DNA from: Octopus sinensis
Lineage: Eukaryota
Length of the DNA stretch: 64,000 nt
Assembly (NCBI RefSeq): GCF_006345805.1
Contig: NC_043004.1
Span: 98,456,001-98,520,000, forward strand
Direction of reading: 5' to 3'
Shown here piece by piece: positions 50,697 to 62,253 of this stretch (positions are counted from its first letter, which is position 1; each line of letters starts with the position of its first letter). The translations under genes and the position numbers were made by a program. The notes beneath the pieces are model-generated. The model ran no database searches. It was given only the letters and a program-made list of their open reading frames with translations, and had not been told where the DNA came from.

Positions 50697-51868
50697 TATT
50701 TGTGAACTAAAAGTACCATTGGTTTCATGTTAAGAAAAGTTGGAAAATATCCCAGTGTCTTAACAATTTTTTAAGCCAATCACATGGAGAAAGGTTTTTG
50801 CCTCCATTTTGGAAAATAGTTCATGGGATTTCTCATAAATCCTATATTGGGGAGACAACTATAGCTAACTTTAACAGTATTTCTGTTGAAGATCTTGTGG
50901 TATTTGTGTGAATGTAGACAGTGGTTGTCTGTTAGTTTTAAGAATTTCTTAGCTATGTTTGGGTCAATAATACTCAACCACAATAAACATAAACATAAAT
51001 CACAATAGATATAAACACACCAGAAAGACAATGCAGCAGCAGATCCCCAAACTACTGCCTCTAAACAACAAATGTCTTGAGAAAAACTTGTATGCAAGGC
51101 CAAGATCACGGACTCTAACAGAATAGCAAAGACATATACTGGAATGAGGCGCAATTGATTCAAGGAAAGGTGCACACAAAATCTTGTGTCATTCAGAGTC
51201 AAAAACAGAAAACATGCGACATCCCTATCAAATATAATATGGATATTGAAAGAAAATGGAATAAGCAACCCACAGTTGAAATGGAAAATTATTGTTAAAG
51301 CCAAAAAATACAAAGGTCGTGGTACCAAATGTGAACACTATATTACTGAAAAATTAAATATTATATAATCAATGGATAACATCTTAAACATTAGGGATGA
51401 AACCTCCTTTTCCTGCACTCAAATATTTCAAAGAGCCCCTATAAACGAGTTTAACCCAACCAGGAGAGCCCCTTTCCTAAATGTGAACACACATAGTACA
51501 CAAACTGCACACAATGAAGAAATATGTCTCAATGATGAACTACCTCAACATACAAGTAGAAGAACTTCATGGCCAATAAAAAACCAAAATAATGCAAACA
51601 AATTAACCACAAAAAGTTACCCAAAAGACAAAGCCAAGAAAGACAAGCATCCAAAAAGATGCCACTTAAGAGTAATGTTCCTTGATTCCTTGATTCATTG
51701 TTTTATTTACATGAATTTACGAGAAATCCTATGAACGAAGTGAGACTGTTTTACAAAACGGAGGCGGACTCCTTATTCCATGTGATCGGCTAGAAAAATT
51801 GTTAAGACACTAGCATATTTTCTTACTTTTATTAACATGAAACCAATGGTAGCCTTAATTCACAAATA
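50697..51868 (+). mobile_element. Penelope-like element remnant with 5' inversion and inverted terminal repeat
   Basis: Plus: LNNKCLEK..KTYTGM..FKER..SFR..HATSLSNIIWILK..LKWKII..EKL (GIY-YIG); minus 50845-50975: NIAKKFLKL..KYHKIFNRNTVKVSYSCLPN; 50697-50842 is an inverted copy of 51713-51868. Confidence 0.85.
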
Positions 51869-52002
51869 ATGAAATTATATATTCACCAATGTAGTGTTTA
51901 GCACTCATTTCATCCTTCAACATTTACGTATCTATCTATCTATCTATCCATCTATCTATCTATCTATCTATTTATCTATATATATATATATATATATATA
52001 TA

Positions 52003-52041
<39 letters not shown>

Positions 52042-52489
52042 TAGTTGAAATTTACAAAAAATTAATAATGAAGACAGGTGAGGAAGCAATAAGCAGGTGT
52101 ATTAATTTGATGCTCAGGAAGAATGGGAGCATCTTTGACGTTTTGAGCCTATGCTCTTCAATAGAAAGGATTCAGTGGAAAGAATGGTGAGAGAATGAAA
52201 TAAACATGGAGAGAATATATTTATATTCTCTCCTCTTAGCCAGTGGTGCATTTTTTCTTGTTCTTTTCCTGATATTTAAATGAGTTGGCAAACTCATTTG
52301 TGCTGGTGACACACAAAAAAGAGCAATCAGTATACACTGTAAAGAAGTGGTTGGTATTCGGTAGTACATCTACCTTTAGAAGCTATACCACAACTTACAC
52401 TGGGGCTTGATGCAGTTTGATGCAGCTTGCTGGATCATGTTAAACTATCCAACCCATCTCCAAAGTCCATCACCTCCTCACCATGGTGG

Positions 52490-52838
52490 GGATGCAGGTA
52501 ACGGGTAGTGTCAGAGCTATGCCGTTGGGAACTTCGGTTCCTGGTAGAGCCACCCAAGGTGGATTGGTCTGACACCGAGTGGTATTAGGGCCAAAACCCG
52601 GCAGAAAATCCTCGGAGTGTCTGTTTCGGCAACCGGCGGCTCCTCGGTCATTCTGTCCCTGCGTCTGCGGACAATCTGTGGCAAACAGGATGTCTCCACA
52701 TGCAGGATTGTTGGGGACTGCTTGTGAAATCCACATATTCCCACGAAACTTCTTCCGCCATGGTTTGAGATGCCTTGAGGGTGGTAGAAGAAGCCGACTC
52801 AATCCGCCGAGGGCGAATGTCGCCACAAGTACAAGTAG
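52490..52838 (+). mobile_element. Non-autonomous RTE-related element (unique GC-rich 5' part plus RTE 3' tail)
   Basis: Last 81 bp match 43808-43888 (7 mismatches) including the (CAAGTA) tail; no tRNA A/B boxes seen. Confidence 0.7.
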
Positions 52839-54022
52839 TAGTCCAACCCATGCCACCATGGGAAATACATTAAGCAACGATGATGATGACAACAACAATA
52901 ACGATGAGAGCAATATATTGGCACATTCCAAGCATTATGGAAACACCAATCATTGAATTCCATACCTACTGAAATTGTTAAATAGGACCACTAATTTAGG
53001 AACAGCCTGTAATTCTACCATGCAGAAATAAAAGTGACTTTAAAATCATATGTATTTTGTTGAACATTGACACCATCTACGTTTTTCTTGCTCTGACCCC
53101 CAACTGGTTTGTTCATCAATTCACCAAACTTGCTACCATCTCCTTGCTAACTTCTTAACATTCCTTACTTTGATTATGCTTGCACCAATTCAACCACTCT
53201 TTGTCTTGTAGCTAACTTTCATCAAAGAACACTTCCTCTCTTCTCCCCTCCACTTCTTTCATTTTCTCATTTATATTTTTGTGTACGAAGTAATAAGTCA
53301 ACAAGTTTTTGCCCAACACATTCTTGAATTAAAAAGATTTGTATCTTTCTTCTTAAGAGTAATTTTCTTGTCTATCACCAGAACTGTTATATTTAAGTAA
53401 ATGCTTAAATTATAGTTTATCATATTTATTCAAGATGATCAGAAAGAGCTTGTCAAGTAGAAGTAAGAACAGCAGTACATAAAGGAATCATAAAAGAATT
53501 ACTCTGAATGGTTAACTGGATGTTTTTCACAGTTTGATGCAAGTGAAAAACTTAGTCTTATTGCAAAGCATTAGAACTTGCAGTATCCACAAAGCATAAC
53601 TATATAAGTAGATTTGGATTAAATGCTCAAGTAGTTACACCATTAAATGCCTAAACATTGGATGTTCATAGATCACGTTCGATGCTTAAAATGGAACAGC
53701 TCTTGAGTTTATGGATCACTGATCATACTGGACGTAATTTACCAATAAATTTGGTCGTTCAGATGGATGCTAAAACTTTGTTTGATGATTTACATAATTA
53801 GGAGTACATCTTCTGTTGTAAAATCTTGTCTTGCTTTTAAAGCTTCATTTGAAAAGTTTAAGCATTTTCTTAATCGGCACAACATTAAAATGACAGGTGA
53901 AACTACCAGAGTTGATGGAGAAGCTGCTACTGACTAACCCCAGGAGTTGAAAGAAACTAATGTTGAAGCAGATAACACACCAGAACAAGCTTACATTGCC
54001 AATGAAACATGACTTTTCTGCA

Positions 54023-54144
54023 CAAGAGACCGATAGAATAAGTACTAGTCTTACAAAGAATAAGTCCTGGGGTCAGTTTGCTCGACTAAAGGCGGTGCTC
54101 CAGCCTGGCCACAGTCAAATGACTGAAACGAGTAAAAGAGTAAA
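54023..54144 (+). mobile_element. SINE family A 3' end
   Basis: caagagaccgatagaataag...gactgaaacgagtaaaagag. Confidence 0.85.
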
Positions 54145-54357
54145 GGATGGCATTACCTCGTGAAAAAACATCAGCTCCGACTGTTAAAGTTTCTAAAAGT
54201 CATTTGAAATTTCTGCGAGAGAAACTGATGCTGGTAATATGTAATTAAAGCTCCTACCTGTGTATCACTCCCAAAGTGCAATGGTTTCTAAAGACTGCAA
54301 AGTTTAATCAACTTGTGAAGTTGCATTCAGATAAGAAGGCTTGTATAAATACAATCC

Positions 54358-54960
54358 TTTACTCTTTTACTCTTTTATTTGTTTCAGTCATTTGACTGTG
54401 GCCAGGCTGGAGCACCGCCTTTAGTCGAGCAAATCGACCCCAGGACTTACTTTTTGTAAGAATAGTACTTATTTTATCGGTCTCTTTTGCCAAACCAATA
54501 AGTTACAGGGACATAAACACACCAGCATCAGTTGTTAAGCAATGTTGGGGGGGGGGGACACACGCACACACACACGCATGTGTCATCATTGTACACATAC
54601 AAACACACGCGCACATGCAGACCTCCGCACACGCACACATCCACACACATTCCCCCTCTCACTTTCCTTGTCTTTGACATACTACCTACTATCTTTGAAA
54701 ACTCTCCTGTCTTTAAAAAACATTATTCTTCCACCTTTCTACTTCCGGTCTTTCAATATGTGACCCCGTGAGTACCGCTGGCGATTTTTTTCCTCTGTCT
54801 TCCCTTTTCGGGATCTTTCCTTCTCCTATGTTTCCGATGAAGAGCTCCGCTCGAAACGTTATACCCTCCTTCTTCCCTTCTTTACTGAGCATCCAATAAT
54901 ACTTTATTTGTTCCACGTCCTCGCGTTGTTGTGTTTTTTTGTGTTTTCTTGTTTGGATTA

Positions 54961-55010
<50 letters not shown>

Positions 55011-55020
55011 AGTGTGTATA

Positions 55021-55076
<56 letters not shown>

Positions 55077-55242
55077 CATGTATACGATGGGCTTCTTTCA
55101 GTTTCTGTCAACCAAATCCACTCACAAAGCTTTGATCGGCCCAAGGCTATAGCAGAAGACACTTGCCCAAGATGCCTCGCAGTGGGACTGAACCCGCAAC
55201 CATGTGGTTGGTTAGCAAGCTACTTACCACACAGCCACTCCT
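54358..55242 (-). mobile_element. SINE family A with an insertion in its central microsatellite
   Basis: Tail at 54358-54575 and head at 55085-55242. Confidence 0.88.
54590..54965 (+). mobile_element. Longer H1 pLTR-like element with hammerhead motif at 54830-54864
   Basis: GUUU-CcGAUGA-A-GAGC-UCC-GCUC-GAAA-CG-UU-AuAC; 54796-54965 homologous to 47827-47997. Confidence 0.8.
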
Positions 55243-55859
55243 AATCCAAGATTGTTTCAAAAATATTTTTTGCTCAGCTGTAGATAGTTGTGTGCCAGTT
55301 GTTATATTTCTAACAAAGCATTGGTCCTGTTTGACAATGCACCAAGCCACCCAGAAGATTAAACGATTCTTTTGATAATATGAGAATGGAATATATCCCC
55401 ATGGAAATGATTTGTTTCTCAAACCAGTAGATCCAAGGTTTGATAGCTTACTTCAAAGCATATTATCTAGTAGAACACTGAACCTTCTCATAAGAGTGAT
55501 TGATGGTGGAATAACCAACAGTTTATAGCTTCTGGAAAATTTCAGCATTACAGATACCATAGATAACTTAGAAGTGTCATGGGACGAAGTGAAATCCCCA
55601 CCTGTCTTGTGTTTGGTAAAAAAAAGTGTTCACAATTTACTGATATCAACCAACAGAAAGTCTGCATCATGTTCAGCAAAGTATTGTCACCCTGACAAAT
55701 AATGTAGAATATAATAAGTCATTAGATCAGTGTTTCTCAACCCTTTTACCCTTGCGTAAACCTTAAAATAGATCACATGTCTCAAGGAACCCCAGCACAA
55801 AAAAAATTATATACCATATCCTCCTCATATTTTTTTCATTGTGGTTCATGTGGTAAATA

Positions 55860-56070
55860 TCATCATCATCAATCATCCTCATCCTCATTGTCGTCGTTGT
55901 TTAATGTCAGCTTCCCATGCTGACATTGGTTGGATGGTTTGATTGAGGACTGGCAAGCCAGGAGGCTGCACTAGGATCCAATGTGATCTGGCAGTGTTTC
56001 TACAGCTTGAGGCTCTTCCTAATGCCAAACACTCTGAGAGTGTAGTGGGTGCTTTTTATGTGCCAGCACT
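55860..56070 (-). mobile_element. SINE-like retroelement with (GAT)n tail
   Basis: gtttctacagc..cttcctaatgccaaacactctgagagtgtagtggg motif; related pieces at about 3820-3860 and 48880-48930. Confidence 0.6.
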
Positions 56071-56539
56071 GTTCCCTGGGGGATTCTGCTGAGGACTCGT
56101 GACACTTCAGAGAGAGCACCATTTGCTGTGATATGTGTGTGTGTGCATGTATGTATGTATATGTATGTATATATATATATATGTATATGTATGTAAATAT
56201 ATGCATATGTATATATATATATATATTATATATATATATACATATATATATTTATATATATATGTATGTATATGTGTAGATATAAATGTATTCATATATA
56301 TATGTGTGTGTATGCTTGTATATACATCTATATATACATATGTATATATAATATATATAATATATGGATATATAATATATATGTACATATATATGTGTAT
56401 ATATATATACATATATATGTAATATATATATGTATGGTGGTTCTATTGAGGAAAGTAGTGAGTTTCTCACTGCAAAGCCAACGCCATGTTGACGAGGTTC
56501 TTCTGGATCTCTTCCCTGCCAAAAGAAGGTGAAATCCTG

Positions 56540-57425
56540 CTACATCGGACATCCCAAACATACATATTGGAGACCACAGATTCCAAGAGGTGGAGAAGTT
56601 TACCTATCTGGGCTCTACCGTCACCTACAACCTATCCCTCGATGCTGAGCTCAATATACACATTGGCAAGGCAGCTGCTGCGATGGTCCAACTCTCCAAA
56701 TGGGCTTGGGACAACAATAAGCTGACCAAGACCACGAAAATGAAGATCTGCCAGGCATGTGTACTTAGCACTCTACTGTATGGAATTGAGGCTTGGACGC
56801 TATACACACGCCAAGAGTGTCGCCTAAACATCTTTCACCTGCGCTGCCAACAGAAAATCCTCTGCATCAAATGGCAGAACCGTATCCCCAAGAAAGATGT
56901 CCTCTGGCAAGCAGGAATACCAAGCATGATTGCACTCCTCACACAAAGACGTATGAGATGGCTTGGGCATGTTAGCCGTATGAAAGATGGCAGAATCCCC
57001 AAGGACATACTCCACAGAGAGCTTGCTAGGGGTACTAGGTCTGTGGATAGACCGCTCTTACGTTACAAGGATGTTTGCAAAAGGGACATGAAGGCCTGCA
57101 ACATCAATATTAGCGGTTGGGAGGCAGTTGCCGGCAACCGTGGAGACTGGCGACATACCGTAAGAGAGGGAATACAAAGGAGTGACAGAAAGAGAGAGGA
57201 GAAATGGAAAGACAAGAAGAGACGTCAACAAGAAACTATGGCATTACAACCAGCCAGGAACAGTCTTCGCTACATTTGCGGTACCTGCCAGAGGGAGTGT
57301 TTGTCCAGGATAGGACTACACAGCCACAGCAGGAAATGTATCAAGACATGAAATGTAAAAGCCGGACTAGACTACTTTATGCGCAACTCCATTGTCTCCC
57401 GAGACAAAAAGGATGCCAACAACAA
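56540..57425 (+). mobile_element. 5'-truncated RTE-clade LINE (ORF 56590-57351 is the RT C-terminus and zinc-finger-like end)
   Basis: VEKFTYLGS..VLSTLLYG.EAWT..RWLGHVSRM.DGRIPK.IL..RYKD.CK.D..CGTCQRECLSRIGLHSH; 3' ccattgtctcccgagacaaaaaggatgcc(aac)n. Confidence 0.95.
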
Positions 57426-57500
57426 TATATGTATACACATGTATATATGTGCATATATATATGCATATATATATATGCATGTAGTATGTTTATATATATT

Positions 57501-57534
<34 letters not shown>

Positions 57535-57741
57535 TGTATGTATACATTCACACACAGATATTGCCATATACACGTGAGTATAAATCCTTGTCAATAACAA
57601 TGAAGTAACATTGGTATAATAGTAATCTGGAGCAACTTCAACGTTTTTTTTTCCCCCAGAAAGTATCTCAAGAAAAAACAACCAATGATTAAAGATTTGG
57701 TGTTGAAAGAAACATATTGAGAAACTAAATCTGAAAACTCA

Positions 57742-57775
<34 letters not shown>

Positions 57776-58404
57776 AGACACACACTTGCAGATATAATTA
57801 AAATACATAAAGATAGATGTATGAAAAATATTAACAGAATCAAAATAACAAAGCCACGTAAGCAATAGTAACAATAAAAAAGAATATCAGTGAAATATAA
57901 ATAAAACACAAAAACAACTTAAACAGAAGACAATATATCAGTTTTAATAATAGATACAGGCTTTTGGAAATTTTCTTTACACAAACAGAATGAGTGTGAG
58001 TGAGAGAGAGAAGGGGGAGAGAGAGAGAGAAAGAGAGAACGAGAGTAATAGAGAGAGAGCGTATGTGTAGGTGTATAATATATGAAAAAAAATATAAATT
58101 ATGCCATAATAACAAATAATAAAAAGACTTCTGCAACAAGAAAAGCGTTGACGTAAACAAGAGCAAAAGCAAGATCAACAATATATAGATAGTTACAGGC
58201 ATAGCTGCGTATTGAAGAACCATGTGGTTTCATGTTGAGCTCTACTATGAAGAACCCAATCCACCTATCGATGCCTTGGGCTGACCAGTGACTTGTGAGT
58301 GAATTTGATAGGTATAGCATTAAGTTGGAAACTGAGTGAAAAGTGGGGCTAGAGAGAGGTAAGACGTGGTATGAGCACAAACCACAGAAAGCAAAATCCA
58401 CTAG

Positions 58405-58500
58405 CATTTCCCAGTCTGAAGAGATCAGGTGCTAGAGTATAACAGACTGGACCTAGTGGTAGTGGACAAGGTGCACCACATATACTACACTACTGTTGCC
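58405..58500 (+). pseudogene. R4/Dong-type RLE fragment (same family as 26156-26260)
   Basis: gatcaggtgctagagtataacagactggacctagtggtagtggacaagg is nearly identical to the reverse complement of 26180-26235. Confidence 0.75.
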
Positions 58501-58512
58501 TCGGTGTTCAAA

Positions 58513-59392
58513 GTAACCTCATTTCATGGTATATACTTCAAAGCCGAAATGCTGATGTAGACAGAGCAACAATTAATCAGTGGCTGAGAAGCTCAAGACT
58601 GAAATCAGAGACTGAAGGTTTCATATTAGCAGCACAAGACCAAAGTTTGCTGACCAAAAACTACCAACTTGCTTCAAAATGGTTCTAACCCTAAATGCAG
58701 ATTCTGTGATACAATTGATAAAACAATAGACCATCTAATCTAGGGATGTTCTGTGCTTATACCAAAGGAATACAAAAATCACCATGATAGGTTAAGACAG
58801 TATTTACATTGGAAAATATGTAAACTCTACAAAATCAACACTCTTGCTTACTGGTATGAACATCATACTCAGCCCATCATTGAAGGTAGAAATGTCACTG
58901 TCCTCTGGGAGTTTCTAGTCAACACCAACAGAACAATCCAGTCTAATCAACTTGACATAGTCATTAAAGACAGGGAAGAAAATACTTACAGACTAATAGA
59001 TGCAAGTGATTCCACTGATAAAAACGTATCTGTAAAGGAATTTGAGAAATTAAGCAAATATAAGGTCCTGAAAATTGAAAGTGAGAACTGTTCCTGTTAC
59101 TGTGGGCACCCTAGGTATGATAAGAAAGGTATATCAAAAACATCTCGGTTACATCCCAGGAGAACCATGTCTCAGAGAAATCCAAAAGATTGTGCTAACA
59201 AACACTGCCCACATCCTTAGAAAAACTCTATCAGTTTAAATGCTTGTGTTGGATTTACATCAAGATGTGGCCTCTGCCACTTACCCTTCCGAAGCTTTTA
59301 GTCATAGTGTAACATCTCTTATCCTTCCCCTGCCCTAGGACGCTGGGTGTGTCTCGGCAAGTGATTGCAACAAACATGCAGATTAAAAGTAA
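58513..59392 (+). mobile_element. 5'-truncated R4/Dong-type LINE (CCHC, RLE and 3' UTR)
   Basis: WLRSSRLKSETEGFILAAQDQSL; CRFCDTIDKTIDHLI*GC (C-x2-C-x8-H-x4-C); NQLDIVIKD..LIDAS; EFEKLSKYK; HILRKTLSV*. Confidence 0.92.
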
Positions 59393-59454
<62 letters not shown>

Positions 59455-59505
59455 GGTGGTGGTGGTGGTGATGATAATGATGATGATGATGATGATGATG
59501 ACGAC

Positions 59506-59538
<33 letters not shown>

Positions 59539-59555
59539 GGTGGTGGTGGTGGTGG

Positions 59556-59610
<55 letters not shown>

Positions 59611-59665
59611 GGTGGTGGTGGTGGTGGTGGTGGTGGTGATGATGACGATGATGATGATAATGATG
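59393..59665. repeat. Alternating (GAT)n(GGT)n blocks, three cycles
   Basis: Direct inspection. Confidence 0.95.
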
Positions 59666-59959
59666 ATCCTTTCAGTAAAAGATACAAGAACTAAAATTTG
59701 AGGAGAAGAAGCTCATCAATTACATCAACCTCAGTAATCACTGGTACTTAGTTTGTTGACTTCAAAAAGATGAAAGGCAAAGCCAACCTCAGCAGAACAA
59801 TAATGATATCAAGCAACCATAGTCAGGAATATTCCAAGCTACTTGGACAAAGGAGATCAATCTAATTTTCCAATTACTGTTTTGAAAGGCAACCAGAAAT
59901 GTAAGTGTCTCCTAAATAATGTTTCAATCCCAGCAGACAATATTGTATCTCTAAAAGAA

Positions 59960-60565
59960 ATAAAGAAATGTTCTCAAGATCGATAATGACGAGATTGAAG
60001 TGGTTGATGATTTCATCTTCCTTGGCTTCAAAATAAATCGAGATGGTGACTGCACTCCAGAAATAAGACGGCAGATAGTACTAGGCAGAGAGGCAATGGT
60101 CAGCATGAGCAGGGTCTGGAAGAGTAGAGACATCAGACTCGCTACCAAATGCAGATTGGTGAATGCAATTGTCTTCCCAATAGCAACATATGGATGCAAG
60201 ACCTGGACACTAAAGAAAGTTGACCAGAAGAGAATTAATGCATTCGAGCTTTGGTGTTGGAGAAGACTTTTGCAGATTCCATGGACAGCGAGGCTCACCA
60301 ATGGAGAAGTTCTTAAGCAGATAGGGCCAAAAATGTCGCTAGAAGCTGGGATCACCAAGCGTAGATTGGCATATTTCGGTCATATTAAGCAGAGAAAATC
60401 CCTGGAGAAGGACATCATGCTTAGAATGGTCAGTGGCAAGAGAGGAGGAGGCCGACCAAGAAACCGCTGGCTTGACACCATCAGGAGTGATACCGGAATG
60501 GACATGGCCAATCTGAAGGAAGCGGCCCAGGATAGAACTGACTGGAGGACATTGACTGAGCAGAT
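59960..60565 (+). mobile_element. 5'-truncated RTE-BovB-like LINE (ORF 60000-60659)
   Basis: VDDFIFLG..EIRRQI.LGR..TK.RLV..VFPIATYGC.TWTLKK..I.AFELWCWRRLL.IPWTAR..YFGH..GRPR.RWLD..DRTDWR. Confidence 0.95.
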
Positions 60566-61134
60566 AGAGAGAGAGAGAGAGATCTCAATAAAAAAATCTG
60601 GAAATAGAGATAACCAGAGGCAAGGTTTTAGGGAAGTGATCAATAAAATTTGCAGGTAATTGCAAAGTCGATATCTAGGCACTTTTAACTATACACAACA
60701 GAGACAAAACTGTTCTGGTATATACTGCAGATATAATTTGTAGGCAACCTCACACACGAAAGATCTGAAATATAAACACGATACTCAGTGCACATACATA
60801 AGGCTCCATAGATCTCTGCTCAGCAATGCTGTGCAAACATGCAATGATAATAATAATGGTTTCAAATTTTTGCCACAAGACCCAGGATTTTAGTGAAAGG
60901 GGTAAGTTGATGACATCAATGCCATTACTTGACACGTACTTTATTTTACTGATTCTGAAACAATGAAAGGCAATGTTCACTTTGACATAATTTGTACTCA
61001 GATCCTAAAGAATCAGAAGATATACTGCTAAGCATGTCTGATGCTCTAAAGATTCTGTCAGCTTTAACCCTTTAGCGTTCAGATTATGCTGTCAAATGTA
61101 ATGATTATTTATTCACATTTGAGAAATTAAGTAA

Positions 61135-61302
61135 ATAGGTGCAGGAGTGGCTGTGTGGTAAGTAGCTTCTATACTAACCACATGGTTCCGGGTTCAGTCC
61201 CACTGCGTGGCACCTTGGGCAAGTGTCTTCTCCTATAGCCTCAGGCTGACCAAAGCCTTGTGAGTGGATTTGGTAGACAGAAACTGAAAGAAGCCTGTCG
61301 TA

Positions 61303-61340
<38 letters not shown>

Positions 61341-61553
61341 TGTTTGTGTGTCTGTGTTTGTCCCCCTAGCATTGCTTGACAGCCAATGCTGGTGTGTTTA
61401 TGTCCCCGTTACTTAGCAGTTCAGCAAAAGAAACCGATAGAATAAGTACTGGGCTTACAAAAGAATAAGTCCCAGGGTCGAGTTGCTCGATTAAAGGCGG
61501 TGCTCCAGCATGGCCGCAGTCAAGTGACTGAAACAAGTAAAAGAGTAAGAGTA
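61135..61553 (+). mobile_element. SINE family A
   Basis: Full length. Confidence 0.92.
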
Positions 61554-61559
61554 ATTAGG

Positions 61560-61650
61560 TCCTTGAAATTGAAATACGAAAGATGTGGCATCTTAAAGTG
61601 AGAACTGTTCCTGTTACTGTGGGTGCCCTAGGTATGATAAGAAAGGTATT
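61560..61650 (+). pseudogene. R4/Dong RLE fragment (same family as 58513-59392)
   Basis: LEIEIRKMWHLKVRTVPVTVGALGMIRKG; retains about 21 nt missing from the 59070 copy. Confidence 0.8.
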
Positions 61651-61829
61651 TTTATTACACATGCCCTATCACATGGCTTCAAGGGTTTGATGATTGCTTA
61701 TTTTTAGAATGAACTGGTAGGGTAGGTGTGAGATGTTGGATAGGGGCAGTTTGAATATAATGTAGCAGAATATTTTGGCCAGATATGGCTGGTTTAAATT
61801 CTAAAGGGTTAATAATAGTAATAAGCATA

Positions 61830-62035
61830 ATGATCCTTTCAGCTATAGGCACAAAGCCTGAAATTTGTGAGAAGGGACTAGTAAGTGACATTGACCTCAG
61901 TATTTCACTGGTACTTAATTTGATTACCCCGAAAGGATGAAAGGCAAAGTCGACCTCGGTGGAATTTGAACTCAGAACATAAAGATAGGTGAAATACTGC
62001 TAAGCATTTTGCCCAGCTTGCTAACGACTCTGCTA
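61830..62035 (-). mobile_element. SINE family B (B2 tail)
   Basis: Reverse complement of family B. Confidence 0.82.
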
Positions 62036-62068
62036 CATAATAATTATAATAATAATAATAGTAATAAT

Positions 62069-62103
<35 letters not shown>

Positions 62104-62128
62104 TAATAATAATAAACATAATAATGAT

Positions 62129-62253
62129 AATACGCAAAACACTTTCAATACAATAACCATCAGAGCATCCCAACAAATCACAACACATACCCAAGGCACA
62201 CAGAGCTGCACTCAGTAGTGAAGTAAAAGCATGCTATAAAAATAAAACTACTT
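62129..62253 (+). mobile_element. Dong/R4-like 3' end embedded in (TAA)n
   Basis: IRKTLSIQ* then a short UTR; (TAA)n on both sides. Confidence 0.65.

Larger units (their letters stand above)
53700..55680 (+). pseudogene. Tigger/pogo transposase remnant split by insertions
   Basis: FLNRHNIKMTGE...PEQAYIANET*LF; KTSAPTVKVSK; NKALVLFDNAPSHP; decayed QP.DQG.I..FKAYYL; DNLEVSWDEVK. Confidence 0.85.

Noticed and set aside
51372-51734. 120-aa ORF MDNILNIRDE...
   Set aside because: The first residues are the Penelope ORF tail and the rest is non-coding terminal repeat; not an independent gene.
52590-52670. HDV-like fold around ggc-tcctcg-gtc, and twister or pistol resemblance near 52495-52595
   Set aside because: The required P1.1 GG after P1 is absent (ccc instead) and the twister L4/T1 motifs are missing; canonical assignment not supported.
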